A stretch of 64,000 nucleotides of DNA. It comes from Planococcus sp. (in: firmicutes) (GTDB lineage Bacteria; Bacillota; Bacilli; Bacillales_A; Planococcaceae). The notes beneath the pieces were generated by a model, which was not told the DNA's origin, did no database searches, and saw only the letters and a program-made list of their open reading frames with translations. Positions 50,772 to 63,090 of this stretch are shown here, in pieces (the stretch's first letter is position 1; each line of letters starts with the position of its first letter). The stretch is taken from assembly GCA_035461005.1 (NCBI GenBank), contig DATHVZ010000152.1, positions 21,066-85,065 of the forward strand. Reading direction: 5' to 3'. Made by a program: the position numbers and the translations under genes.

Positions 50772-52130
50772 ATGAAAAAAATGATAGAGCAAGTAGCCAA
50801 GTGGCTTGATGTAAAAACGAATTTAAAAGACATTGAAATAACAGGAGTTTCTATTAATACCCGAACGTTGCAGAAGGGGGATCTTTTTGTGCCGTTCCGT
50901 GGAGAAAAGGTCAACGGCCATCAATATGTTCGCCACGCCATCGAAGCGGGAGCGTCTGCCGCGCTCTGGCAGCGGGATGAGCCATCGCCTCCGGATGATT
51001 TGCCGATTCTGATCGTGGACGACTGCCAAAAAGCGCTGCAGGAAATGGCGCGCGCATACCGTGATGAACTGTCGACAACGGTCATCGGCATTACCGGTTC
51101 GAACGGCAAAACCTCGACCAAAGATTTGGTTGCCAGTGTGCTGAAGCCGTATTTCAAAGTGCAAAAAACCCAGGGCAATTTCAATAATGAACTGGGCCTG
51201 CCGCTGACAATTCTTTCGTTAGATGAAGATACGAAGTTTGCGGTGCTCGAAATGGGCATGAGTGGACTCGGCCAAATCGAATTTTTATCGGAATTGGCGC
51301 GGCCGGATTACGCGATCATCACCAATATCGGTGAAGCGCATATGCAGGATCTCGGTTCCCGGGAAGGGATCGCACAGGCGAAATTTGAAATTACTGCGGG
51401 TCTTGAAACCCATGGGAAATTGTTCTACGATGGCGACGAGCCGCTGCTGAAACCTTTTGTTGAAAGCTTTCCGCAGGCAGTTTCATTCGGCTTTGACGAT
51501 AATAACGAAATGACGGTAACAGATATCCGCGCCACGGAGAATGGCAGCACATTCATGGTCAGCGGCATCATAGACGCGACGTTCACCATACCCGTTCTCG
51601 GCGACCATCAGGTGAAAAATACGCTGTCGGCTATTTTGATCGCATTGGAAGCCGGTTTGACGGAGGAAGATATTCGGAAATCGCTGAAAGACGCGGCATT
51701 GACTGATATGCGGATGCAGATGATCCACGCGAAAGACGGTGCGATATTCATCAATGACGCCTATAATGCGGCACCTTCTTCCATGAAAGCGGCTTTGAAC
51801 TTCATCCGGGAAACGACGATGAAAGAAGATAAATGGGTTGTTCTTGGTGACATGCTGGAACTCGGAGACCACGAACGTGAGTATCATGAGGCGATTGCCA
51901 AATCCATCAATTCGGAGATTAATGGTGTTTGTCTGTATGGACCCAGAATGGAATGGCTTTATACCAAACTTAAGGAAACGTTTGGAGGCAAGTTGATTTG
52001 GAGCAAAGACGATTACCGTCCGATTATCGATTTTCTGGAGAAATCGATTTCTCCAGAATCCGTCATTCTTGTGAAGGGTTCGCGCGGTATGGCTCTTGAA
52101 AACATCATCGAACCTTTTATCGAGAACTGA
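50772..52130 (+). CDS. murF: UDP-MurNAc-tripeptide--D-Ala-D-Ala ligase
   Basis: ITGSNGKTS, NFNNELGLP, NDAYNA, KGSRG. Confidence 0.97.
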   Translation: MKKMIEQVAKWLDVKTNLKDIEITGVSINTRTLQKGDLFVPFRGEKVNGHQYVRHAIEAGASAALWQRDEPSPPDDLPILIVDDCQKALQEMARAYRDELSTTVIGITGSNGKTSTKDLVASVLKPYFKVQKTQGNFNNELGLPLTILSLDEDTKFAVLEMGMSGLGQIEFLSELARPDYAIITNIGEAHMQDLGSREGIAQAKFEITAGLETHGKLFYDGDEPLLKPFVESFPQAVSFGFDDNNEMTVTDIRATENGSTFMVSGIIDATFTIPVLGDHQVKNTLSAILIALEAGLTEEDIRKSLKDAALTDMRMQMIHAKDGAIFINDAYNAAPSSMKAALNFIRETTMKEDKWVVLGDMLELGDHEREYHEAIAKSINSEINGVCLYGPRMEWLYTKLKETFGGKLIWSKDDYRPIIDFLEKSISPESVILVKGSRGMALENIIEPFIEN

Positions 52131-52148
52131 TTGAAAGAAGGAAATACT

Positions 52149-52847
52149 GTGAAAATCGGAGTTTTAATGATCCACGGTTTTACGGGAGGGCCATTCGAAG
52201 TGCAACCGTTTGCTGATTATATAGAAGAAAAAACTGACTGGATTGTGAAAATCCCGAAGTTGCCCGGCCATGGTGAAAGCCTGAACCTTAAGAACAAGTC
52301 CGCGGAATCGTGGATGATGGCAGCCGAGCAGGCATTGAAAGAATTAAAAAAGCAGGTAGACCAAGTGGTCATCGTCGGTTTTTCAATGGGCGGTTTGATC
52401 GCCATGTATCTGGCGATGCGCTATAAAATCGAAAAACTGGTGCTGCTGAGCGCCGCTGTCAAATACGTCAGCGCAAGGCAGATGCTGGAAGAGGTTCGGA
52501 TTGCCACGGCAGATGCAGTAAAAGGGCGGCTCGCGCAAAATCCATTGTTCCATCTGTACGAATACAAAGTATTGAATACGCCAATCAGTTCAGCTTTCGA
52601 ATTTTTGCGGGTTGTCAAAATGGTTGAGCCTTATTACGACAAGTTGACGCTCCCGGTTTGCATCGTCCAAGGGAAAAAGGATGGAATTGTGCCGGTAACT
52701 GCCGCTGAACATATATACAATCAACTCGGTTCGGTCCAAAAGGAAATCTATCATTCCCAAAACGGTGCGCATCTGATTTGCTATAGCGATGACCGCGATT
52801 TATGGTTTGCGCATGTTTTGGCTTTTATGGATAATAGAGGCGAATAA
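52149..52847 (+). CDS. alpha/beta hydrolase (carboxylesterase)
   Basis: IHGFTG, GFSMGG, QGKKDGIV, GAHLI. Confidence 0.9.
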   Translation: MKIGVLMIHGFTGGPFEVQPFADYIEEKTDWIVKIPKLPGHGESLNLKNKSAESWMMAAEQALKELKKQVDQVVIVGFSMGGLIAMYLAMRYKIEKLVLLSAAVKYVSARQMLEEVRIATADAVKGRLAQNPLFHLYEYKVLNTPISSAFEFLRVVKMVEPYYDKLTLPVCIVQGKKDGIVPVTAAEHIYNQLGSVQKEIYHSQNGAHLICYSDDRDLWFAHVLAFMDNRGE

Positions 52848-52875
52848 ACTGATTAATGGAACCTTTGCGTATTGA

Positions 52876-54723
<1,848 letters not shown>

Positions 54724-54738
54724 TAATAAATGACCAAA

Positions 54739-54776
54739 TAGCCCGCCGGCAGGAAACTGCCGGCGGGCTATTTTTT
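54739..54776 (+). terminator. intrinsic terminator
   Basis: TAGCCCGCCGGCAG-gaaa-CTGCCGGCGGGCTA-TTTTTT. Confidence 0.88.
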
Positions 54777-54911
54777 ATGGGAAGAAATAAGGACGCCATT
54801 AAATTTTTATTTTCTTCACAAAGTACGGGGCTGCTGAAACATTCCTGCTATTGAATCGTAGAGTAGAATATGAAACACTGAGAGTATGAACAATGGAATG
54901 GGGAGACGGAC

Positions 54912-55391
54912 ATGAATAATCAGCCGAAAAACAGAATCTCACAAAAAGGGTTAACGGTATGGAGGCTTTACGGTCTTATTGAAACCTTCGTCCTCGCATT
55001 GCTGGCAGGTGGTGCGGCTGCACTCACCTATTTCTTCGAATGGCCGGTGTGGCTGTATGCCGTTTATGCGGGCACACTCTTATTGTTCGCTTTTTTACTG
55101 ATTTACCTGTTTCCGAAAATTCGCTGGCAACGCTGGCGCTATGAAGTGAGAGAGCAGGAAATTGAATTGCAGCACGGTTTATTTATCGTAACTCGTACGT
55201 TGGTGCCGATGGTGCGGGTGCAGCACGTCGATACAGAACAGGGGCCAATTCTTCGCCGCTATGATTTGGCGGAAATCACCATTTCGACTGCTGCAACAAC
55301 ACATACCATACCGGCTTTAATCACCTCTGAAGCAGATGAATTGAGAGGCATGATTTCAGCATTGGCAAGGGTGGCGGAAGACGATGTCTAA
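54912..55391 (+). CDS. ydbS: bPH_2 membrane protein YdbS
   Basis: RWRYE..HGLF..VPMVRVQHVDT.QGP; synteny. Confidence 0.88.
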   Translation: MNNQPKNRISQKGLTVWRLYGLIETFVLALLAGGAAALTYFFEWPVWLYAVYAGTLLLFAFLLIYLFPKIRWQRWRYEVREQEIELQHGLFIVTRTLVPMVRVQHVDTEQGPILRRYDLAEITISTAATTHTIPALITSEADELRGMISALARVAEDDV

Positions 55392-56916
55392 CACACGCTA
55401 TAAATTGCACCCCGTATCCGCTTTTATAAATTTTATGAAAAGCTTAAAAGAGCTGATCATTCCATTTGTGGTAATTTTTGGTGTTAATATATTCAGGGAT
55501 GGCGGCATCAGCTCGATGTTCAATCAGGGTTGGATGGGGCTTTTGCCCTTATTGATCGGTCTTGTAATGGTGCTGTTTTCATTGATTGTTGGAATCATCA
55601 AGTGGAAGAGGTTTGACTATTGGTTTGAAGACGGAGAATTGCGCATTGAATACGGCCTTTTTGTAAAAAAGAAGCGATACATACCTTTTGAGCGGATTCA
55701 GAGCCTTAATTACACTGAAGGGATTTTCCATCGCCCTCTCAATCTTGTAAAGGTCCGTGTGGAAACAGCCGGCTCCGGCAAAGCAGGAGAAGCAGAAGCG
55801 GAATTGACAGCAATTAAACGGGAAGATGCAGAACGCATCGAGACCGAAATGGAAAACGCAAAACATCGGTCAATTCCGGTCATGGGGCCTCTCGAAGCAG
55901 AACAAGCGCTTGTTGAAGAAACGGCAACTCCGCAGAAAAAGGAATTGCGAACGCTTTATCGCATGTCGATGAAGGAATTATTGATCCTGGCAACGACTTC
56001 GGGGGGGATAGGAGTCGTCCTCTCAGCGGTAGCCATTTTCCTATCACAATTCAGTGACTTAATTCCATATGAAGCAATTTACGAAGAAGTCATGCTGTTC
56101 TTGCGTTTCGGCTATCTTATTGTGGCACTCGCGGTATTCGCCGGACTTCTCGTTGCTTGGGTTATATCGGTGATCTTGACACTCTTGGCGAACTATCAAT
56201 TCACCATCCAGGTGGATGACGACCATATCTTTATCACAAGAGGACTCCTCGAGAAGAAAAAGGTCTCGGTGCCATTCAAACGGATCCAGGGAGTAAAAGT
56301 TTCAAGAAATCCGCTGCGTGAATTATTTGGTTACGGCGTAGTGACAGTTGAAAGCGCAGGAGGTTCAATGGGCGGGAAAGACGAAAAGATTCGTTTGTTT
56401 CCTTTGGTCAAAAACGATCGCATGCTGCCGGTTCTGAAGGAATTGTTCCCGGAAATGGAATTTCAGCCGGAGCTTGTAAAAGCTCCGAAAAGAAGCGTCC
56501 ATTTTTATTATCGCCTCGACTTCCTTTGGATGCTGCCATTGATCGGTGCCTTGAGTTATTTCTTCTTCCCTTACGGTCTGTTGTCATTGTTGATAGTGCC
56601 ACCGGTGATTGGGATAGGAGTCTGGCAGCACCGGACCACGGGCTATGCGCTTACCGGAAAACAGTTGACCATGGAATTTCGGGGTCTCAGCAAACATAGT
56701 TTCTATGTCTGGAAAAAACGGGTGCAGGCGGTCAATGTGCTGCAAACTTATTTCCAGCGACGAAAAAAACTTGCTTCCATAGAGGTGACGATCAAATCAG
56801 GCATGCTCGGCTATGCCGCACGCATCAACTATATGGAAAAAGAAGACGCCAGCCGCATTCTCGACTGGTATCACCCAACACCCATTGCAGCCAAACAAAA
56901 AGGTCAGCCGGAGTAA
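55384..56916 (+). CDS. ydbT: bPH_2 membrane protein YdbT
   Basis: LHPVS, IPFERIQS, ETAG repeats; synteny. Confidence 0.88.
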   Translation: MSNTRYKLHPVSAFINFMKSLKELIIPFVVIFGVNIFRDGGISSMFNQGWMGLLPLLIGLVMVLFSLIVGIIKWKRFDYWFEDGELRIEYGLFVKKKRYIPFERIQSLNYTEGIFHRPLNLVKVRVETAGSGKAGEAEAELTAIKREDAERIETEMENAKHRSIPVMGPLEAEQALVEETATPQKKELRTLYRMSMKELLILATTSGGIGVVLSAVAIFLSQFSDLIPYEAIYEEVMLFLRFGYLIVALAVFAGLLVAWVISVILTLLANYQFTIQVDDDHIFITRGLLEKKKVSVPFKRIQGVKVSRNPLRELFGYGVVTVESAGGSMGGKDEKIRLFPLVKNDRMLPVLKELFPEMEFQPELVKAPKRSVHFYYRLDFLWMLPLIGALSYFFFPYGLLSLLIVPPVIGIGVWQHRTTGYALTGKQLTMEFRGLSKHSFYVWKKRVQAVNVLQTYFQRRKKLASIEVTIKSGMLGYAARINYMEKEDASRILDWYHPTPIAAKQKGQPE

Positions 56917-56928
56917 ATCCGGCTGACC

Positions 56929-57537
56929 TTATCTTTTTCCTTTCCAGCTTACAATGCGTTTCGGATGGAAGAAACCGAGCCCAATCAGGAAGCCGGTAAT
57001 CAATCCTGCGATATGCGCAGTAACGTTAATGTTCGGCGTCAGGAAAGTTAGGATGACGCTGATGACAAGAATCGGCAACAGGATCTGTTTTAATTCCGGC
57101 AAGGCGCGCCCCCCGTAATACAATAATGCTCCATAAGCACCGAACACGCCGAAGATGGCTCCGCTGGCACCGAGGTGCAGATAATCTGGTGGCTGAAGGA
57201 AATACGTTGCGATGTTTGCGAATATACCAGCCATCGCATAAACGGTGATAAAGCGCACTTTGCCGACCAATCGTTCAAGCTCCGGCCCAAACAGGAAGAG
57301 AGAGAACATATTAAACAGCAGGTGCATCAGTCCGCCGTGCAGGAACATCGGCGTGATGAAACGCCACCACTCCCCTTCTGAGATAAGCAGGTTGTAACCG
57401 ACGCCAAAAATGCGGATATTAGGACCGAGCAAGGGAATCCATGTTAAAATATGTATCAAAACATTAATCGCAATCAATGTAGATACGACAGGATATAAGC
57501 GTAAATACTCGGAAAAACTTTCTCTGCGAATAAACAT
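56929..57537 (-). CDS. rhomboid intramembrane serine protease (YdcA-like)
   Basis: WRFITPMFLH, HLLFNM, GASG, AHIAG. Confidence 0.93.
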   Translation of the reverse strand: MFIRRESFSEYLRLYPVVSTLIAINVLIHILTWIPLLGPNIRIFGVGYNLLISEGEWWRFITPMFLHGGLMHLLFNMFSLFLFGPELERLVGKVRFITVYAMAGIFANIATYFLQPPDYLHLGASGAIFGVFGAYGALLYYGGRALPELKQILLPILVISVILTFLTPNINVTAHIAGLITGFLIGLGFFHPKRIVSWKGKR

Positions 57538-57605
57538 TTCGTCACCTCTGTTTCATATTGGCTATTATACCTTTTTAGTGTTTGGGATTGAAAGGAGAAA
57601 CATTT

Positions 57606-57977
57606 ATGATTACTGGAATCGGTTTGGACATCGTGGAACTGGAGCGGATCAGGCGGCTTGACGGCAAATCGGCAAAATTCCGTGAACGCATTTTGACCGC
57701 AAATGAATTGACCGAATACAATTTGCTGTCGGCCAACAGAAAAACGGAATTCCTGGCCGGTCGCTTTGCTGTAAAAGAAGCTTTTGGCAAGGCGAAGGGA
57801 ACAGGAATCGGTAAAATGTGCACGTTTCATGATATTGAAATCAGAAAAGATTTGAACGGCAAACCTTCCGTTTTTTACCGGGGAGAAGAAGATGGACTGG
57901 TTTCCATAACACATACAAAGGAATATGCTGCAGCGCAGATCCTTTTACAATCAAAGATGCAGACAGGAGACGAATGA
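57606..57977 (+). CDS. acpS: holo-ACP synthase
   Basis: GIGLDIVE, AGRFAVKEA, SITH. Confidence 0.96.
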   Translation: MITGIGLDIVELERIRRLDGKSAKFRERILTANELTEYNLLSANRKTEFLAGRFAVKEAFGKAKGTGIGKMCTFHDIEIRKDLNGKPSVFYRGEEDGLVSITHTKEYAAAQILLQSKMQTGDE

Positions 57978-59086
57978 TGGAGACAAATTACAGACCAACA
58001 AAAGCGATTGTTGACCTTTCGGCAATTGATCATAATATAAAGGCATTAAAAAAGAGGTCGGACGGGGCAAAGCTGATGGCGGTGGTAAAAGCGGATGCTT
58101 ATGGCCACGGTGTATTGGCTGTGGCGCGGCAAGCGCTGAGGAGCGGCGCATCGATGCTCGCTGTGGCGACTCCGGATGAGGCGCTCCACCTGCGTGAAAA
58201 TAACATTGACGCGGAGCTTCTGGTTATGGGCGCATCACCTGTCCGATTCATCAAAGAGGCGATAAAACGAAACATCAACCTGACAGCCTACTCTATGGAA
58301 TGGGTGGAAGCTGCAGCCGAAGAGCTGAAGAGTGAAACCGAGACTCTGAAAATCCATCTGAAATTCGATACAGGAATGAGGCGAATCGGCTTTCAGCCGG
58401 AACAAGCTGATGCGGCGTTCACATTTGTCGGAAATCATCCTTTCGCGGTGGAAGGGCTGTATACACATTTTGCCACCGCTGATGAAGCCGACAACCCTCT
58501 ATTTCTCAGACAGGTAGAAGAGATTAACGCTGTAAGGAAAAAATGGAAGGGCGGGCGTTTGGTTTTCCATGTATCAAACAGCGCGGCGGCGATCCTCCAT
58601 CCGGAATTGTCATTTGACGCAGTGCGCACCGGCATCTCAATCTACGGAATAGCGCCATCAGCTTACGTAAAGAAAGAATCACCGTTCGAATTGGAGCAGG
58701 CAATGAGCCTGGAAACGGAAATCATCCACGTCAAGAAAGTGAAGAAAGGCGAAACACTCAGTTATGGGGCGACATATATGTGTGAGAAGGACGAATGGAT
58801 CGCGACCTTGCCGATCGGCTACGCGGACGGTCTTGTCCGCGGCCTGCAAGGACAGGAAGTGCTGGTGAGAGGCCAAAGGATGCCGATTGTCGGCCGCATC
58901 TGTATGGATCAATGCATGATTCGACTGACCGAAAAAATTTCAGTGGGAGAAAGAGTGCAATTGTTGGGTTCTCAAAAAGGCGACACCATTCTAATAGAAG
59001 AATGGGCAGAAAAACTGGGAACTATCCCTTATGAAATACCGTGTATTCTGACGAAACGTGTGCCGCGGGAATACACGGGGGGGTGA
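57974..59086 (+). CDS. alr: alanine racemase
   Basis: AVVKADAYGHG, DTGM, GYADG, GRICMDQ. Confidence 0.97.
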   Translation: MMETNYRPTKAIVDLSAIDHNIKALKKRSDGAKLMAVVKADAYGHGVLAVARQALRSGASMLAVATPDEALHLRENNIDAELLVMGASPVRFIKEAIKRNINLTAYSMEWVEAAAEELKSETETLKIHLKFDTGMRRIGFQPEQADAAFTFVGNHPFAVEGLYTHFATADEADNPLFLRQVEEINAVRKKWKGGRLVFHVSNSAAAILHPELSFDAVRTGISIYGIAPSAYVKKESPFELEQAMSLETEIIHVKKVKKGETLSYGATYMCEKDEWIATLPIGYADGLVRGLQGQEVLVRGQRMPIVGRICMDQCMIRLTEKISVGERVQLLGSQKGDTILIEEWAEKLGTIPYEIPCILTKRVPREYTGG

Positions 59087-59188
59087 AGAACTTCAAGAAT
59101 TGTCTTTCCATAAGGCGTCCGGGATGTTAAGATTGCAGATATAGAAAGAAAGAACAGAGAGAACAACGGTATTCCGGAGGTGTCAGCT

Positions 59189-59473
59189 GTGTACAAGAGA
59201 TCCAAGACAAAAGAGGTAGTCGTTAAGCTGCCGAAGCAATTGATTTCAGAACTTACTACACATTCAGATGAACGGGTTCAGGAAGATGGAGAATATATTT
59301 ACGTTTCAACTCAGCGTGTTATGAAAAACATGTATGACTCAAATCATATTCGGGAAGCAATGATCAAGGGCTACGTGGAGATGTCGCAGATTAATCTGTC
59401 GATTTCTTGTGAATGTTCTCATGCAGAGTACGAAGCGGAGCATATGACTGTGCGACTCGTAAGCGGAGGGTGA
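59189..59473 (+). CDS. ndoAI: antitoxin EndoAI (MazE-type)
   Basis: [13 protein letters not shown]...AEYEAE..RLVSGG C-terminus; position between alr and ndoA. Confidence 0.85.
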   Translation: MYKRSKTKEVVVKLPKQLISELTTHSDERVQEDGEYIYVSTQRVMKNMYDSNHIREAMIKGYVEMSQINLSISCECSHAEYEAEHMTVRLVSGG

Positions 59474-59477
59474 CAAT

Positions 59478-59828
59478 TTGATTGTAAAACGCGGTGACGT
59501 TTTTTTTGCGGAATTATCACCAGTGGTCGGGTCAGAGCAGGGTGGAACCCGGCCGGTGCTGGTAATTCAAAATGATATAGGAAACCGGTTCAGTCCAACT
59601 GTCATCATTGCGGCAATTACAGCTCAGATCCAGAAAGCCAAGCTTCCGACCCATGTCGAAATCGATGCCAAGAAATATAGTTTTGAACGGGATTCGGTTA
59701 TCTTGCTGGAACAATTGCGGACGATTGACAAATCACGGCTGACAGATAAGATCACCCAATTAGATGACGCCTTAATGGAAAAAGTTGATGAGGCACTTGA
59801 AATAAGCGTTGGACTCGTTAAGTTCTAA
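59478..59828 (+). CDS. ndoA: MazF/PemK endoribonuclease EndoA
   Basis: [29 protein letters not shown]. Confidence 0.97.
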   Translation: MIVKRGDVFFAELSPVVGSEQGGTRPVLVIQNDIGNRFSPTVIIAAITAQIQKAKLPTHVEIDAKKYSFERDSVILLEQLRTIDKSRLTDKITQLDDALMEKVDEALEISVGLVKF

Positions 59829-59843
59829 ATATACATACACCCG

Positions 59844-59879
59844 AAAACATCCGAAGAGGTTTTTCTTCGGATGTTTTTT
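59844..59879 (+). terminator. intrinsic terminator
   Basis: AAAACATCCGAAGA...TCTTCGGATGTTTTTT. Confidence 0.8.
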
Positions 59880-60037
59880 GCAATATAACTGCCGGAAAAA
59901 GCGCTGGGATACAAAAAAAGATGTGAAAAATGCATATTTCCGATACAATAAAAGATAGAGAATCTAAAACAGACAGTTCTAGCGACAGTGGAAAAATTAT
60001 AGAGAGTTGTAAGAGCCCGAGGAGGATCCTTAAATAG

Positions 60038-60868
60038 ATGAATAAGCAAATGGCCAGATATATTCAAGAAAATATGACTGAAATTATTTCGAATTGGCAG
60101 GAAATGATGAAGGCTGAAAAAGGTGAACGTTCTTTCGAAGTTATGCCTGCAGAATTGATGGAACAGACAAGCAGGGAATTCGCAGAACTGATGACATCGA
60201 ATTTATTGGAAAGCCATGAGGCTTATGAAAGCCGCCTGAATGATTTTTCGGAAAAAGTGGTACGCTATGGTTGGTCCATCACATTTGTCACGAAAGCCAT
60301 CAATCATTTTGGGGAAATCGTCTTTAATGGTATGGAAAGGGATGGGCTGATCAATGAAGGAAATCTCCGTGGTTTTGTTGAAGAATTCAACAAATGGATC
60401 ACCCCTATCCGTGACAGCACCATCGATACATATTCGGAAATCTGGGAACGCACTGTAAGCCTTCAAAAAATTGCGTTGCAGGAACTTTCCGCTTCATTGA
60501 TTCCGGTTTTTGATAAAGTTTCGGTTATGCCGCTTGTAGGGACTATTGATACTGAACGCGCACGCCTTATAATGGAAAACCTTCTGGAGGGTGTGGTCAA
60601 GCATCGAGCAGAAGTGATACTGCTTGATATCACCGGTGTTCCGGTGGTCGATACAATGGTTGCCCATCATATTATCCAGGCTGCAGATGCTGTCCGGTTA
60701 GTGGGGGCGAAATGTATGCTTGTCGGCATCCGGCCAGAAATTGCCCAAACGATTGTTACTCTGGGCATTAATCTGAATGAGTTCACCACAACGAGCACCT
60801 TGCAACGCGGCGTTGAACAGGCTCTTGCTTGGACAAATCGAAAAATTGTGGAGGTTGATGAAGAATGA
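60038..60868 (+). CDS. rsbR: stressosome protein RsbR
   Basis: [34 protein letters not shown] domain. Confidence 0.95.
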   Translation: MNKQMARYIQENMTEIISNWQEMMKAEKGERSFEVMPAELMEQTSREFAELMTSNLLESHEAYESRLNDFSEKVVRYGWSITFVTKAINHFGEIVFNGMERDGLINEGNLRGFVEEFNKWITPIRDSTIDTYSEIWERTVSLQKIALQELSASLIPVFDKVSVMPLVGTIDTERARLIMENLLEGVVKHRAEVILLDITGVPVVDTMVAHHIIQAADAVRLVGAKCMLVGIRPEIAQTIVTLGINLNEFTTTSTLQRGVEQALAWTNRKIVEVDEE

Positions 60869-61227
60869 ATGTTCGTATACCGATATTGAAACTAAGAGAT
60901 ACCTTAATCGTCTCCATTCAGTGGGAATTGGATGATCAGACTGCCATCCAGTTCCAGGAAGATTTATTGACTAAATTACATGAAACAAGTGCCCGGGGTG
61001 TAGTGATCGATTTGACTTCAATTGATTTCATCGATTCTTTCATCGCGAAAGTTTTGGGAGACGTCATCAGCATGTCAAGCTTAATGGGAGCGCGAGTTGT
61101 TATCACAGGTATTCAGCCGGCCGTTGCTATCACTTTAATCGAATTAGGAATTCGACTTGAAGACGTCATGACAGCATTGGACTTAGAAAACGGTTTGGAT
61201 AAACTTCAATTGGAATTGGAGGCTTAA
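60865..61227 (+). CDS. rsbS: stressosome protein RsbS
   Basis: [23 protein letters not shown]. Confidence 0.96.
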   Translation: MNVRIPILKLRDTLIVSIQWELDDQTAIQFQEDLLTKLHETSARGVVIDLTSIDFIDSFIAKVLGDVISMSSLMGARVVITGIQPAVAITLIELGIRLEDVMTALDLENGLDKLQLELEA

Positions 61228-61229
61228 CG

Positions 61230-61631
61230 ATGAGCAACCAATCCTCAGTGGAAATTCAGACAGAATGGGATATTGTAGCCGCCAGACAACTCGGCCGTAA
61301 TGTGGCTAAAGAGTTGGGTTTCGGTACAGTAGACCAGGCTCGTATTACGACGGCAATCAGCGAGCTTGCCCGCAATATCTATTTATATGCTGGCCAGGGG
61401 AAAATTGAAATTCAGCGTCTGACAGAAAATGGTGTCAACGGCATATTAATTATTGCCGTAGACAGTGGACCGGGAATTCCGGACGTCCGCAAGGTAATGG
61501 AAGATGGCTTCTCTACTTCTGGCGGACTTGGCGCTGGACTGCCGGGTGTCAAGAGGTTGATGGATGACTTTAAGATAGAAACAACCCTAGGTGAAGGGAC
61601 AGACATAAGAGCTACTAAGTGGCTTCGATAG
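61230..61631 (+). CDS. rsbT: serine kinase RsbT
   Basis: DIVAARQ.GR, ISELARN, GLGAGLPGVKRLMD. Confidence 0.96.
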   Translation: MSNQSSVEIQTEWDIVAARQLGRNVAKELGFGTVDQARITTAISELARNIYLYAGQGKIEIQRLTENGVNGILIIAVDSGPGIPDVRKVMEDGFSTSGGLGAGLPGVKRLMDDFKIETTLGEGTDIRATKWLR

Positions 61632-61643
61632 GGGGGATTCTTT

Positions 61644-62645
61644 GTGGTTCAAAAAACCGGGAGTCAGTATAAGGAAATATTGAACCAATATATGCAGCGG
61701 CAATCCGAACAGAATCTGTATGTCGGGCAAAATTTCAGCCGTCAGCTTATTTCAGAAAATACTTCTCCGGAAGATGTTATCAGCATGCATAAAGCGGCGA
61801 TGCAGGAATTATATGAAGAAATGCCGGAAACGGTCTGGCATTCCTTCGACTTTCTGATTGAAATGATGATCAACTACGGTCTGGCTCTGCAGGAGCGTCA
61901 AAGCTTATTGCAGCGGCAGGAAGAGTTGCGGATGGAAATGGATTTGGCGGCCAATGTTCAGGCGACATTATTGAAGACAACTTTGCCATCACTCGAAGGA
62001 TTGGATATCGGTCTGCTTTCTGTGCCTTTGCGCAAAATGAACGGAGACTATATATATTTCATCAGTGACAAAAACGGGCACGCCGGAATAGCTGTAGCCG
62101 ATGTAATCGGCAAAGGCCTGCCGGCGGCCTTATGCATGTCCATGGTTAAATTTGGCATGGACAGCATGAACGATTCAATGGCTTTCCCGCGGGAAGTATT
62201 AAAAACCATCAATCGGATTGTGGAAAAAAGTGTCGACGATTCCATGTTCGTCTCGATGTTCTATGGGAGATATGAAGCTGAAACCAGTACCCTGACGTAT
62301 GGGTCGGCTGGCCATGAACCGGCGATGTTGTATCGGGCGGAAACCGGAGAATTTAAAGAGCTTACCGTAAAAGGGCTGCTTCTTGGGGTTTCTCCAATGG
62401 CTACCTATGAGGAAAAAGAAGTGAAATTGGAAGAGAATGATATGGTCATCATGATGACGGATGGAGTCACGGAAGGCCGAACCGCCGAGGGATTCATAGA
62501 TCGCCAGGTGATCAATGAATTGATCTTGCGGAAAAAAGACGAACCTGCCCAGGTGATCGTTCAATATGTCTATGATGAATTAGTCCGCATGCAGAATGCA
62601 GAGTTAAGCGATGACTTTACATTAGTGATTTACAAAAAAGTCTGA
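61644..62645 (+). CDS. rsbU: PP2C phosphatase RsbU
   Basis: NGDY, ADVIGKG, SAGHEP, TDGVTE, DDFT. Confidence 0.96.
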   Translation: MVQKTGSQYKEILNQYMQRQSEQNLYVGQNFSRQLISENTSPEDVISMHKAAMQELYEEMPETVWHSFDFLIEMMINYGLALQERQSLLQRQEELRMEMDLAANVQATLLKTTLPSLEGLDIGLLSVPLRKMNGDYIYFISDKNGHAGIAVADVIGKGLPAALCMSMVKFGMDSMNDSMAFPREVLKTINRIVEKSVDDSMFVSMFYGRYEAETSTLTYGSAGHEPAMLYRAETGEFKELTVKGLLLGVSPMATYEEKEVKLEENDMVIMMTDGVTEGRTAEGFIDRQVINELILRKKDEPAQVIVQYVYDELVRMQNAELSDDFTLVIYKKV

Positions 62646-62651
62646 TTGTAT

Positions 62652-62677
62652 GTTTAACTGCCATTGTATTGTGGTAA
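62652..62677 (+). promoter_or_regulatory. internal SigB promoter of rsbV-rsbW-sigB
   Basis: GTTTAA-N14-TGGTAA at the canonical position. Confidence 0.7.
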
Positions 62678-62759
62678 ACAAACTTACAGTGGCTTTTTTT
62701 ATTTATGACAGTGGCTTTTTTTAATTTTTGATAATTATAGAAAAACGGGGTGTCAAAAG

Positions 62760-63089
62760 ATGAATATTCAAATTGATTTGCAAGAGTCGGATAAATTCCT
62801 TAAGGGACATATACGCGGGGAAATTGATGCGCATACTGCACCGGTTCTTCGGGAGAAATTGGAAGCGTATCAAAATATAGAATCATTGAATGCTGACCTG
62901 GACCTTTCAGATGTGGATTATATGGATAGTACCGGGCTTGGCGTTTTTGTTGCTTTTTATAAATCAGTAAATTCCCAGGGTGGGCATTTAAAATTGAGTG
63001 GCCTGTCTGCCCGTTTAAAACGACTGTTCGATATTACCGGTTTAGGTGATATCATGGATATCGAATCAGCCGAAAAAGGTGGTAATTAA
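62760..63089 (+). CDS. rsbV: anti-sigma-B antagonist
   Basis: GEIDAHTAP.LR, YMDSTGLG, RLFDITGL. Confidence 0.96.
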   Translation: MNIQIDLQESDKFLKGHIRGEIDAHTAPVLREKLEAYQNIESLNADLDLSDVDYMDSTGLGVFVAFYKSVNSQGGHLKLSGLSARLKRLFDITGLGDIMDIESAEKGGN

Positions 63090-63090
63090 A

